IMG/VR virus record: IMGVR_UViG_3300010400_000006
Location: 3,493-67,492 of that record
DNA length: 64,000 bases
Direction: 5' to 3' (one strand)
Source of the DNA: a virus
Part shown: piece after piece, positions 1 through 9,094 of the stretch
How the letters are laid out: every line of letters begins with the position of its first letter
Numbering within the stretch: the first letter of the stretch is position 1
Translations under genes and position numbers: made by a program
Notes under the pieces: model-generated
What the model saw: only the letters and a program-made list of their open reading frames with translations
Databases searched by the model: none
Told to the model about the DNA's origin: nothing

Positions 1-206
1 AAAAAGTCCTGGATGCGCCGCCGGTACGTCTTCAGGAGGACATGATCCGTGTTCGTCCCGAGTGACGCTTGGCACGGCGCGAGAAAGCCGAGGGGCCGCC
101 CGACACTCGAACAGCCGTCGCCCATGAACTCCCGAGGCGTACCACCGGTCACAGTGAAGGTGTACTCGGTGCCGATTACCGTCTTCGTATGGATGTCGGG
201 CAGCAT
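1..206 (-). CDS. hypothetical protein, runs off the window edge
   Basis: ATG at 206 just after the stop of the upstream gene; frame open to position 1 (MLPDIHTKTVIGTEY...). Confidence 0.4.
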   Translation of the reverse strand, partial: MLPDIHTKTVIGTEYTFTVTGGTPREFMGDGCSSVGRPLGFLAPCQASLGTNTDHVLLKTYRRRIQDF

Positions 207-207
207 G

Positions 208-822
208 CTAGGCCTCGCTCCAGTCCGGCCGCTGGGATTCCAGCGACTTCCAGTCGTCGAACATCTCGGCACGCAGGTAGATGTCGTCGTCGTAGTCCCA
301 CGGCACCTTCTGGATCATCTTGACGTCGTAGCCGAGGAACCCCTTCGTGTCGTAGATGGCCTCGATGAACCGCTTCTTGTTCCGGACGCCGAGGTTGGTG
401 TGATCCGTGGTCACGAATCGGTGATACGGCAGGTAGCCGAACGCGAGTTCGTGTTCGCGGATCTCCCCCATGACGTCGTCGACGTACACCGACATGTGCG
501 AGATGAACGGAGCCGACGGCCGATCGTTCCCCGCCAGGGAGTGCCGCGAGGTACCCATGTGGTACGTCAGGAACTCGAGCTCCATCGGCTGGACCGTGTA
601 GTTGAACCACATCTCGGCCTGGACCGAGCTCTGGTACACGATGCCGGTCAGCGGGTTGGTGATGTAGCCGCGCAGCGTGGCTTGGTCCCCGATCCAATCG
701 AGGTGACCTCGGCTGCGCCAGTATCCCATGGCCTTCTGTGGGTCCTTGGTGTACATGGCGACCTGGTGGAACTGGTAGTCGAAGAACGATTCCCTCTCGT
801 TCGTCGGAATCGGAGCGGGCAC
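208..822 (-). CDS. VOC/glyoxalase-fold-like protein
   Basis: FHQVAMY...MELEFL...ISHMSVYVDD pattern resembles the VOC beta-alpha-beta repeats with H/E/H ligands; coupled to the SDR gene. Confidence 0.55.
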   Translation of the reverse strand: MPAPIPTNERESFFDYQFHQVAMYTKDPQKAMGYWRSRGHLDWIGDQATLRGYITNPLTGIVYQSSVQAEMWFNYTVQPMELEFLTYHMGTSRHSLAGNDRPSAPFISHMSVYVDDVMGEIREHELAFGYLPYHRFVTTDHTNLGVRNKKRFIEAIYDTKGFLGYDVKMIQKVPWDYDDDIYLRAEMFDDWKSLESQRPDWSEA

Positions 823-1541
823 TACTTGCCTCCTGAGATGTTGACGATGGATCCGGTCTGGTATGCCGGACCGGTGAGGACGTCGCGAACCACCTGCGAC
901 ACCTCGGCCTTGGTCACCCGCCTACCGAGCGGGAGCTGGGTGCGCTCGTACGCGGCGGCTTCCTCTCGCGTCCAACCGCGCACCGCGCCGATCTGGGCGT
1001 CGATCGAGTTCGACATGTTCGTGTGCGCGACCACGGCCGGGGCGACCCCGTTGATCCGCCAGCCGGTCCACTCCCGAGCCATAACCCGAATGGCCATCTC
1101 CTGGGCCGCCTTGCTGGAGCAGTACGCCACCGAGGTGCGCATGGGGTTGCGAGCCGCGTCGGACGTCAGCGCCACGGCGGAGAACACCTTCTCCGGCCAG
1201 AGCGTCTTGATTCGGCTGAGCAGCATAACCATGCCGCTGACGTTGACCTCGAAGTGCTCGCGCATGTGGTCGAAGGTCATGTCGTTCAGCCAACGGAGCT
1301 TGTTGACGCCCGCCGCGTACACGACGTAGTCGAACCCCTCGAAGTCGGCACGCGGGTTGTCCATGAGTCCGGCCTTAAGCAGCCAGCCTTCCAGCCCAGT
1401 CGGGTTGAGGACGTTCAGATCTTCGATCGGCGGCCGGTACCACATGACTTCCTGCAGCCGCCGGTCGACGTTGGCATCGCTCCAGACCTGCGCGCCGATC
1501 GATCCGACGCTGGCTCCGATGATCAGCCCCGCGCCCTTCAC
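822..1541 (-). CDS. SDR-family NAD(P)-dependent oxidoreductase
   Basis: GASVGSIG, YAAGV, NVSG, S...YCSSK, INGVAP motifs; GTG start overlaps the upstream TGA. Confidence 0.9.
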   Translation of the reverse strand: MKGAGLIIGASVGSIGAQVWSDANVDRRLQEVMWYRPPIEDLNVLNPTGLEGWLLKAGLMDNPRADFEGFDYVVYAAGVNKLRWLNDMTFDHMREHFEVNVSGMVMLLSRIKTLWPEKVFSAVALTSDAARNPMRTSVAYCSSKAAQEMAIRVMAREWTGWRINGVAPAVVAHTNMSNSIDAQIGAVRGWTREEAAAYERTQLPLGRRVTKAEVSQVVRDVLTGPAYQTGSIVNISGGK

Positions 1542-1837
1542 GGCTGCATGTCCGCGTGGCGCTTGGCGTCGTAGCCAGGGTCCTTGGAGTCGTCCTTGGC
1601 TCGCTCCTGCTCGGCTTCCCACTTGGCGCGGTCCCGCTGCATCTTGCGGGCCTTCTCCATGAGAAACTTCGAGGCGGCCCAGTAGGGCTTGATCACGTCG
1701 AGGTAGGACTTCGAGACGACCGGCCAGAGCAGCTCGGTGACGCTCTTGATCTTGTCAACGAACTCGTTGCCGAGGTCCTTCGCGTCCTTGATGATCGCTT
1801 CCTGGTCGATCTTCCACTGCGGATTTTCTTCGGTCAC
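1538..1837 (-). CDS. hypothetical protein
   Basis: 99 aa, 4-nt overlaps with both neighbours. Confidence 0.75.
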   Translation of the reverse strand: MTEENPQWKIDQEAIIKDAKDLGNEFVDKIKSVTELLWPVVSKSYLDVIKPYWAASKFLMEKARKMQRDRAKWEAEQERAKDDSKDPGYDAKRHADMQP

Positions 1838-2526
1838 TTGTCATCTCCCTTGATGACCTGGAAGAGCAACGTCTCGTTGCCCTCCTTGATGGCGAACTTG
1901 GAGGCCCATCCGAGCTTGATGTTGTTGGAAGGATGGTCCTTGGCGTAGTACGGGTTCTGCAGCAGGGACCGGAAGCTGTCCAGGACGAACGGCTTCTTGT
2001 GGTCGAGGTCCTGCGCGTACAGCGGCGAACGACCGTCCGGCACGAACACCGTGAACGGCGCACCCGGCGCGAGCACACGGCACACCTCCCAGATCAGCGG
2101 GCGCGGGTCCCACAGATGCTCCAGCAGGTTGATCGCGAACACCCCACCGACCGTGCCATCCTGGTACGGCAGGTGACCCCAGGTTCCGAGAATCGGCGTG
2201 CGCCGGTAGATCCGCTGTCCGAGCCGGTTCTCGCCCTGGTGCACGTGCTCGGACACCGGCTCGAAGTCGTACTTCGGCCAGTCGATGCGGACCGCTCCGG
2301 GGATCAGCTTGCGGCCTGGACCGAGGTCGAGCACCGGCTTCGAAAAGTCGGCCTGCACCCAATCGGGTAGCTCCCGGTCAAGCCCGAAGGCCATCAGACC
2401 GAGCGGGCTGTCCTCCTCGGGCAGCCACAGCGAGCGGAAGTACTCGACTTCGTCGCCGTTGTTCTCCACGAAGATCGCCGGCCGACTGCCCCGGTAGGAG
2501 CTGTCCTCGAAGTTGCCCTCACACAC
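1834..2526 (-). CDS. class I SAM-dependent methyltransferase
   Basis: VLDLGPG, LPYQDGTV, LLEHLWDP, RVLAPGA motifs. Confidence 0.85.
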   Translation of the reverse strand: MCEGNFEDSSYRGSRPAIFVENNGDEVEYFRSLWLPEEDSPLGLMAFGLDRELPDWVQADFSKPVLDLGPGRKLIPGAVRIDWPKYDFEPVSEHVHQGENRLGQRIYRRTPILGTWGHLPYQDGTVGGVFAINLLEHLWDPRPLIWEVCRVLAPGAPFTVFVPDGRSPLYAQDLDHKKPFVLDSFRSLLQNPYYAKDHPSNNIKLGWASKFAIKEGNETLLFQVIKGDDK

Positions 2527-3007
2527 CGGGCATCCCTGCCTTTCCGCCGAAGTTCTGCTGCTCCATGAGCTTGAGCGTCAGGAACAGATGTCCGATCAGG
2601 TCCAGAACCACCTCGCGGGGTGGCTCGCCAACGAGCGGATGGCCCTCCCACATGGCTCGCCGCAGCTTGATCATCTTCCGGCTGAGCTCGGCGTACTGGC
2701 CGGGCACACCCAGGTCGTCGGCGCGGTCGCCGTAATCCCGTTGTTTGTCCATGAACAACCAGGTCCACTCCTGGAGTAGGCCGGGGTCGTTCGTGCCGCC
2801 GATGAAGATGCGTTCAGCGGTCTTGGTCAACTCCTCGACCTGTGTGCCGAGGTTGATCGTGATCCGGACGTTGTTCGCGGCGTCGCGGTCGAAGTACGTC
2901 GGCCTCTGTGCCTGCTTCTCTGCCGCTGCGACGATTTCCTGCTCGAAATTGGTCGCGTCGTCGTCGAGGAAGCGCGGCTTACGGGAACTTCTTCCCTCGT
3001 TCGGCAT
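2519..3007 (-). CDS. nucleotide-modification-associated (Nmad1/DUF1599-like) protein
   Basis: FMDKQRDYG...LGVPGQYAELSRKMIKL...E..REVVLDLIGH pattern. Confidence 0.65.
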   Translation of the reverse strand: MPNEGRSSRKPRFLDDDATNFEQEIVAAAEKQAQRPTYFDRDAANNVRITINLGTQVEELTKTAERIFIGGTNDPGLLQEWTWLFMDKQRDYGDRADDLGVPGQYAELSRKMIKLRRAMWEGHPLVGEPPREVVLDLIGHLFLTLKLMEQQNFGGKAGMPGV

Positions 3008-3626
3008 GCCATTTCTCCAACAGTCCATAGAAGATGGTCTCTGCTTGCTGCAGAGTCTGTACCCGGTGAATGTGATCGAACGGTCGGTGCAGACCCACAT
3101 TGTATGGCTGATTCATCATGAGTGCCGACAACCCGAGCCCCTCAGCCTGCTCGATCATTCTCGGCAGGTCATCGAGCACGCCAACGATGCGTTCTCCGCC
3201 GTAGAGCCGGACCAGATCAATGTACTTGCGCTCGCCCCAAATCAGGTTGTCGTGCTGTACCCGGTTGCGCAACAGCCAGTGCCGGGTGTCCGGGTCGACC
3301 GGACCCAGTTGCAAGTACGGCCGAGAGGTGCAAATCACCACCTCGGCTCCCCATGATCGGAGAGTCCTGGATAGGTCGTCTGCCCCAGAATAGGCGGGAA
3401 GCGACCGCTTCAGGCCACCTTGCCGATACGCCAGCTTGATCTTGCGGTAGGTGGTCTTGCTGACACCCATGAACTTGTGCAGCGGGACGCCGGGGTTGAT
3501 CTTGGTTGGCGGCGGCATTTCTCTTCCCAGCCAGCCCGCCGCGAACCTGAGGAAGTGCCCGTGATAGTCGGCCAGACTGCCGTCAATGTCCAGGCCGATG
3601 ACCGGGCCTTCCCCATTCATCCTCAT
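2979..3626 (-). CDS. HAD-family phosphatase / 5'-nucleotidase-like
   Basis: LDIDG motif I, CTSR motif II, K motif III, LDDLP motif IV. Confidence 0.85.
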   Translation of the reverse strand: MRMNGEGPVIGLDIDGSLADYHGHFLRFAAGWLGREMPPPTKINPGVPLHKFMGVSKTTYRKIKLAYRQGGLKRSLPAYSGADDLSRTLRSWGAEVVICTSRPYLQLGPVDPDTRHWLLRNRVQHDNLIWGERKYIDLVRLYGGERIVGVLDDLPRMIEQAEGLGLSALMMNQPYNVGLHRPFDHIHRVQTLQQAETIFYGLLEKWHAERGKKFP

Positions 3627-4411
3627 GCCATGAGCTCCTTCAGGACCTCGTTGAAGGCCTCGTGGCTCAGCACGCCCTTCTGCCACTTGCCGTAGCGGCC
3701 GACGTGGAACACCTGCGGCCAGCAGTTGCAGTTGGTGCCGATGGGCTTCACGATCTTCGAGATGCCCTCGATCGGCGGCTTCTTGCCGCGCAGGTTCGGG
3801 TACTCCAGGGAGTTGTACCCGTAGATCCTGGAAGCCCGGTACCAGGCCGTGTCCGGATCGCCGTTGTAGACGACCGTGTTGTTGTTCGGCAGCGAGTACG
3901 GCGTGAAGATGCCGCGTTCCGGCGCGTCGCCGATGCCCCAGACCTCACGCGAATCGAACTTGTGCTCCGGCATACCGCACAGCAGGTAGCGCGGCATGGT
4001 GTTGATCACCAGGTCCGAGCTGGCCACCAACATGGCGATCCCGCTCTGGTCAGAGCGTTGGAACTCGGTGCTCTTGACTTGGTAGCCGTAGACGTCCCAG
4101 AGCCAGCTGTACGCCGCACGGATGTCCCAGGCCGGATGCGCTTCGACGTACCTCTCTGCCGACACCGGTCCAGCGTATTCCGGGCCGTACACCTTGCGGC
4201 GGTAGGCCCCCGTGTCGCCGACGTGGGCGTAGTGCACCGTTACCGGATCCGCCAGCGGGATGCCCGGAATGCTCTCGTGCAGATACATCGCACCGAACAT
4301 CTCGGACTTGCGCTTCTTGGAGAAGATGGCAACATCCGCTCCAGCAAACCGGTCTGCCGCGTACGCGGCCAGTAACCCGGTTGGTCCGCAACCAAGCACC
4401 GCTACCCTCAC
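3623..4411 (-). CDS. FAD-dependent oxidoreductase
   Basis: N-terminal VAVLGCGPTG Rossmann motif; C-terminal VGRYGKW. Confidence 0.85.
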   Translation of the reverse strand: MRVAVLGCGPTGLLAAYAADRFAGADVAIFSKKRKSEMFGAMYLHESIPGIPLADPVTVHYAHVGDTGAYRRKVYGPEYAGPVSAERYVEAHPAWDIRAAYSWLWDVYGYQVKSTEFQRSDQSGIAMLVASSDLVINTMPRYLLCGMPEHKFDSREVWGIGDAPERGIFTPYSLPNNNTVVYNGDPDTAWYRASRIYGYNSLEYPNLRGKKPPIEGISKIVKPIGTNCNCWPQVFHVGRYGKWQKGVLSHEAFNEVLKELMA

Positions 4412-4590
4412 TTGACCCCACCCTCTCGCAACATCAGTTCGGGCTCGATGACGAGCCCCTGCCCCTGCATCCCGAGCTCAACTATCTTGGCCGCGCAGGC
4501 CTTCCCTGCCTCGAGCCGTGAAGCGCCAGTGAACAGCTCGGTAATCCAGTTCTCGCCGTCCCACCGGATCCAGAGGAATGCCGGAGTCAC
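4408..4590 (-). CDS. hypothetical protein
   Basis: GTGA overlaps at both ends, 60 aa. Confidence 0.6.
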   Translation of the reverse strand: MTPAFLWIRWDGENWITELFTGASRLEAGKACAAKIVELGMQGQGLVIEPELMLREGGVK

Positions 4591-4853
4591 TTGGGCTTGT
4601 CCTCCGACTCCCTGAACTCGACCCGGAAGCTCTCGACCTTCGAGGGCCGGACGTAGAGCAGCTCGTCCTCGTAGTCCCTGCACGGGAATCCGACGAACTT
4701 CAATCCTTCCAGGTCCGGTGCGAACGGTCCAGTGTCAATCTGGAACGGGTCGAACGGCGCTTCGTCCGATATGGTGTGCGCGGTCTCCTGCCAGTCCGTG
4801 GTGACAACGTCACCGCTGTCCATGGAGAATGTGATCTGCAGCCATTTCTTCAT
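4587..4853 (-). CDS. hypothetical protein
   Basis: 88 aa, ATGA overlap. Confidence 0.7.
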   Translation of the reverse strand: MKKWLQITFSMDSGDVVTTDWQETAHTISDEAPFDPFQIDTGPFAPDLEGLKFVGFPCRDYEDELLYVRPSKVESFRVEFRESEDKPK

Positions 4854-5389
4854 GACTCGTGAACCTCCAGATAGTTATCATACCACAATTCCTGTGGCAT
4901 TCGGTAGACACCCTTTTCGACCAGGTGCTTGTGCTTCGGCGTGATGAACAGCCGGTAGCCCCGGCTGTCGGCGTCATCGATCCTGGGCCAGATCAACGGC
5001 TGCGCGATCGCCTGTTCCGGCCACAGTTCACTGTAGTGGTCGTAATTCAACTGGACGAGCCGGTTCCTGTGCGAACGATGCATCCACGGGTCGCCGAGCC
5101 ACGGCGGGTTCCCCGCCCTGGGGGCGAGGCCGTTGAACGCCCCGATCTCTTTCCAGGGAGCCCACTTGCCGGCGATTGACTTGCCCCGTTCGGTGTGGGC
5201 GATCAGACAGTGGACGAGCCCGTAGCTAACCAGCTCGTACAGATGTCCGCGCCACATCCCAGGGATCGGGGTGTCGTTGTACTTCCCGTGCAGAATGCTT
5301 TCGACGACCTCGCACTGCTTCAGCAGGTGCATGTCCGTCAGGCAGCTCGCCGATTGAACTGCGCTCTTGTAGGGGAAGAGGGTGACCAT
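4850..5389 (-). CDS. pyrimidine-dimer DNA glycosylase-like (MSMEG_6728/endonuclease V family), divergent
   Basis: MVTLFPY...LLKQ...MWRG...YGL...PPWLGD..HRSHR..L...HY...WP family pattern. Confidence 0.7.
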   Translation of the reverse strand: MVTLFPYKSAVQSASCLTDMHLLKQCEVVESILHGKYNDTPIPGMWRGHLYELVSYGLVHCLIAHTERGKSIAGKWAPWKEIGAFNGLAPRAGNPPWLGDPWMHRSHRNRLVQLNYDHYSELWPEQAIAQPLIWPRIDDADSRGYRLFITPKHKHLVEKGVYRMPQELWYDNYLEVHES

Positions 5390-5492
5390 CTTGACCTCCG
5401 AGAAAGGGGCCCGCCGGTGAATGCTTCCGCTCCTGTGCTTCCGCGCCCGGCGACTTGCGACCTGCTCATGCAGGTACCCCGTCGGTCACCGG

Positions 5493-6272
5493 CTAGAACG
5501 GCGGCTCGTCGTCCGCGACGTCCTGGACGTCGGCGGCCGTCTCCTCGGGCACTTCCGGCACCTGCTCGACGTACTCCTCCTCGTCCTCGTAGTCGTCGAC
5601 ATCGGAGGTGTCGCCGATGATGCCGTCGCCAGTCTCGCCCTCGTCCGGGATCTGCATCCCGTCCTCGGTCTCGGCGTCGCGAACGTACTCGCCCTCGTCG
5701 ATGGCGTCGGCGTCCACCACGATGATCTCGTCGCCGTCGTCCTCGTTGTCGAGGTCCGATTCCTCCGGAGCACCGTTCCGCATCAGGAACCGGTCGACGT
5801 CCAGCCGCTTCGTGCCGGTCTGGTCGGTGCCGTTGCGCAGCAGCGCGTGCGCGTACATGCCTTCAGGGTTGATCTTCAGCGGGCCGATGGCCAGGACGAC
5901 GGGCTTGAGCCTGTCCTCGGAGACCTTGACGCCCGACCCGCCCCAGAACTTGTCCTTGACCACCTGGCTGCCGCCGCTGAGCGCGTCGAGGAAGGCGTTG
6001 ATGCCTCGCGCACCCTTCTCGTTGACGTTCAGGTTGAACCAGCAGCCGTAGGCGTTGTACTTCGCCTTCGGCGACGTCGACGGCTCCGCGATCTCGCCGA
6101 CCGCGTTGAGCATCCAGTCCTGCTTGGAGTTCTTCCGGATGGTCAGCCGCTTGACGCGCAGCCGGTAGATGCCCTTCGGCGGGAGACCCAGCAGAGCCTC
6201 GTCGTACGCCTCGACGTCGTCGAGCTTGGACTTGGCCAGATGTGCCTGGCCTCCGAACGTGATCTTCGGCAC
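5493..6272 (-). CDS. ssDNA-binding-like protein with acidic tail
   Basis: PPKGIYRLRVK start, very acidic C-terminus ending DDEPPF; follows the ATPase. Confidence 0.65.
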   Translation of the reverse strand: MPKITFGGQAHLAKSKLDDVEAYDEALLGLPPKGIYRLRVKRLTIRKNSKQDWMLNAVGEIAEPSTSPKAKYNAYGCWFNLNVNEKGARGINAFLDALSGGSQVVKDKFWGGSGVKVSEDRLKPVVLAIGPLKINPEGMYAHALLRNGTDQTGTKRLDVDRFLMRNGAPEESDLDNEDDGDEIIVVDADAIDEGEYVRDAETEDGMQIPDEGETGDGIIGDTSDVDDYEDEEEYVEQVPEVPEETAADVQDVADDEPPF

Positions 6273-7306
6273 TAGCTGTTCTCCTCATCGTCATCGTCAA
6301 CGAGTGTCTCGGACTCGTCGACTCCAGGGGAACTGGGCCCCTTGACCTCGGCAGCCGGGGTGGCTGCCGTTTCCTGCTCCGGACCGCCGAGCTGCCTGTT
6401 CTCGATCGTGTCCGGGACCAAACCCGCCGGGGCCGCCGCTACCGGGGTAGCCGTTGCCGGCCCCGAGACCGACGCTACGGGCTTGCCGGCCTTGCCGGCG
6501 GGCCTTTTACCGGGCGCGGCTACCGGGCCGTAGGCGTTGGCCGGGGGTGGTGGCGCCATGATCTTCTGGTGGATCTTCCGCAGCGTGGGGTCGAGGAACT
6601 GCTTCCCGAGCACGTTGTAGCGGTCCTTGGCGAAGATCGTGCCGTCGTTCACCCAGCTGATCACCCGCGTTTCCCGGATGGTGCCCTTGTCGTCGGGGTC
6701 ACCCGAGGTGCCCTTGACACGGACCTTGATCACCTTCATGTAGCCCACCGCACTCATCTGTGCGCAGACCCACTGGGCAATCTGGAAGCCCTTGCCCTGG
6801 AACTCGGGCAGGACGATCGGGTCGCCCTCCTCGTTCTCCGTGTGCAACGGCAGCGCCGTGTAGAGCATGTTCACATCAAGATCATTGAACATCTTGATGA
6901 AGCGCTTGAACATGTTCTGCCACTTCTGGTGATCCTGAATTTCCGGGATGTCGAGATCCCGTTCCTTCTTGATCTTCTTGGCCTCCTCCAGGATCCAGCG
7001 CAGCGCCATCTGCTGCATCTCGGTCCCGGAGTCCATCGCCACCCACTTGTACGGGCAGCTGCCTTCGTCGGTGGAGGCCTTGAGGTACGCGTACGCGTTC
7101 CGCAGGTCCTGCCACTCCCGAATGGGCCAGAGCTTCGCCTTCGAGCCCATGCGCTTGGCGGATATCAGGCCCTTCTCGACTCCGAGGATGAGGTCACAGC
7201 CGCCCGCGAGCACAGTCTTGCCGACACCTGAGTCGGCGTAGACCATGATGTTGATCGACTCCTCGAAGTCCGACATGTCGATAATGTCGGCCGGTGGAGC
7301 TACCAC
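6272..7306 (-). CDS. AAA_24/RecA-like (Sak4-type) ATPase
   Basis: YADSGVGKT Walker A, VAMDSGTE Walker B, AKDR. Confidence 0.85.
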   Translation of the reverse strand: MVAPPADIIDMSDFEESINIMVYADSGVGKTVLAGGCDLILGVEKGLISAKRMGSKAKLWPIREWQDLRNAYAYLKASTDEGSCPYKWVAMDSGTEMQQMALRWILEEAKKIKKERDLDIPEIQDHQKWQNMFKRFIKMFNDLDVNMLYTALPLHTENEEGDPIVLPEFQGKGFQIAQWVCAQMSAVGYMKVIKVRVKGTSGDPDDKGTIRETRVISWVNDGTIFAKDRYNVLGKQFLDPTLRKIHQKIMAPPPPANAYGPVAAPGKRPAGKAGKPVASVSGPATATPVAAAPAGLVPDTIENRQLGGPEQETAATPAAEVKGPSSPGVDESETLVDDDDEENS

Positions 7307-7320
7307 GCAACCTCCTGTTG

Positions 7321-8478
7321 CTATCCTACCGCGTTCACGCGGTGGTCTTCGTACCGGTCCACGACGTGAAAGAACTGCTTCGCGAGCTCCTCCCAGTCCC
7401 CTCCAGCCTCGTGGACCTCACACATCTCGAAGAAGTCACAGAACCGCTTGCAGTCGTACCGCGGACTCTTGTAGATCAAGTCCGGGTTCTCCCGCATGAA
7501 GTCGATGTGAATCGCTTCCGCGCCGATCCGGTAAATCTGCCCCTTGCGCTCCAACTTGGTGCGCGGAACATCCTCTCGGTGGAAATACGGCGCAGGCTGC
7601 ACCTTCGAGACATCTCCCAACACCGTCAGCCCGTACTTATCGGCGGAAGCCTGGAGCTGTGCGGTGTTCAGCTTGGCGAGCTTGGCGTGCGTCATGTCGT
7701 GCTCTTCGAACGCCCGGTGCAGCCCAACGTTTACCGCCGAGGCCGTCCAGAGCGCGTCGATGTAGTGCGTCTTGGTCGGCTTGTTGGTGGCCTCACCGTT
7801 CGCGTTCATCGGGCGACTGTCGAGCTCGGCCTTCCGCAGGAAGTTGTAGGTGATGCCGTCGAGCACTTCCTTCGGACCGATCAACCCCATCTGGCGGAGA
7901 ACGTGTGTGGCTACCGCCCAGTAGGTACCCGCCTGATCATCGATCGTCAGGTGACCAGTCTGGATAGAAGCCGCCGTCTTGGTCTCTAGCAGACGCAGTG
8001 ATGGCCGGCTCTCCGCCAGGTCGCGGTAGACTCCGTCGAACGTTCCGACGAGTTTCACCACGGGCTTCTTGGTACGCGGGTGTGGGATCAGCACCGAAAA
8101 GGCCTGCTCCGGCGCGATGAACTCCCAGGACTCGTCGAGTCCGTAGGTGTTCATGTAGTTGTCGAGCACCGCCGCGCCGAGGTCGATGGCCTTGTGCCAC
8201 AGCTCAAGTTCCTCGACGTGCATCTTGGGCTTGTCGGCCTTGGCCTGGATCAGCTCGGCCATAGTCCACGACGCCCAGGTCTCGCGCGGATCAATGCCGC
8301 GCTTCAGACCGGGGATGTAGTGGTAGGCCAGCGCCAGGTGCACGCCGGTACCGAACCACAGCGATTCCGGTCCGATCTCGTTCTTCTTGAGGCCCATGTG
8401 CCAGCCCCAGTACCAGGCCAACGGGCACTTCTTGAACGTGCCCCGCTCGCTCTGGCGGAGCATGTGGACTTCGGTCAC
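7321..8478 (-). CDS. Cas4/AddB-like PD-(D/E)XK exonuclease
   Basis: QSE..FKKCP, FGTGVH, E-Q-F, GTFDG, ETKT, Q...Y, C-terminal CKRFCDFFEMC. Confidence 0.85.
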   Translation of the reverse strand: MTEVHMLRQSERGTFKKCPLAWYWGWHMGLKKNEIGPESLWFGTGVHLALAYHYIPGLKRGIDPRETWASWTMAELIQAKADKPKMHVEELELWHKAIDLGAAVLDNYMNTYGLDESWEFIAPEQAFSVLIPHPRTKKPVVKLVGTFDGVYRDLAESRPSLRLLETKTAASIQTGHLTIDDQAGTYWAVATHVLRQMGLIGPKEVLDGITYNFLRKAELDSRPMNANGEATNKPTKTHYIDALWTASAVNVGLHRAFEEHDMTHAKLAKLNTAQLQASADKYGLTVLGDVSKVQPAPYFHREDVPRTKLERKGQIYRIGAEAIHIDFMRENPDLIYKSPRYDCKRFCDFFEMCEVHEAGGDWEELAKQFFHVVDRYEDHRVNAVG

Positions 8479-8636
8479 GGGATGGGCAACCTTCCGAATG
8501 CGGCCATGATGATAAGTTCGATCCCGAGGAACAGGAGCACCGGGACGGCGTTCCAGCAGAAGTCCCGGATCAGCCACCAAGTAGCTTCGAGATCGTCGGC
8601 GGCTTCCTTCTTCAGCTCTTTCCACCGGGCGCTCAC
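8475..8636 (-). CDS. small membrane protein
   Basis: one hydrophobic segment; GTGA overlaps. Confidence 0.6.
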   Translation of the reverse strand: MSARWKELKKEAADDLEATWWLIRDFCWNAVPVLLFLGIELIIMAAFGRLPIP

Positions 8637-8806
8637 AGGATCTGCCGCCAACTCTTCAGGCCACTGGTCGGGTATTTGAAGACGACATAATTGCTGCCGC
8701 ACTCACACTGCCAGATCGATCCGACCTTGATCCACAACCAGATGAACGGCTGGTGGCAGATGTGGCCGTGCCGCCGGATACTGACGATGCGTTTCTTCCA
8801 GGGCAT
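8633..8806 (-). CDS. 57-aa hypothetical protein (HxC...CxC)
   Basis: hand-translated MPWKKRIVSIRRHGHICHQP...WQCECG; fills the gap with overlapping start/stop. Confidence 0.55.
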   Translation of the reverse strand: MPWKKRIVSIRRHGHICHQPFIWLWIKVGSIWQCECGSNYVVFKYPTSGLKSWRQIL

Positions 8807-9075
8807 CAGGGTCTCCAGTCGCCATGGACCAGGTGCGGTCTTCCCTGCGACTCGCGGACGGCCTGCGTCACGCTCTGTCCGAGAGCCTGGTGCACGTGGG
8901 TGCGAACCGCCTCCCGGATCACGCTGGCGTTTCCCGCCGGTACCGAGATCGGTTCGGGGTTGGGATCGATCTGCTTGCAGACCTGACAGACCAGCAGGAT
9001 ACCGCCGGCACCGGCCACCTCGGGGATATCCTGCACCGCATCGAACTTGAAGTCGTAAAAAGAAGCCATTGCCAT
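8806..9075 (-). CDS. small putative Zn-binding protein
   Basis: CQVC...HVH. Confidence 0.6.
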   Translation of the reverse strand: MAMASFYDFKFDAVQDIPEVAGAGGILLVCQVCKQIDPNPEPISVPAGNASVIREAVRTHVHQALGQSVTQAVRESQGRPHLVHGDWRP

Positions 9076-9094
9076 TCCTCCGATTGGCTCAGAC

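Noticed and set aside
7321-8478. Cas4 as evidence of a CRISPR-Cas system
   Set aside because: Stand-alone phage recombination nuclease beside ATPase and SSB; no other cas genes or array
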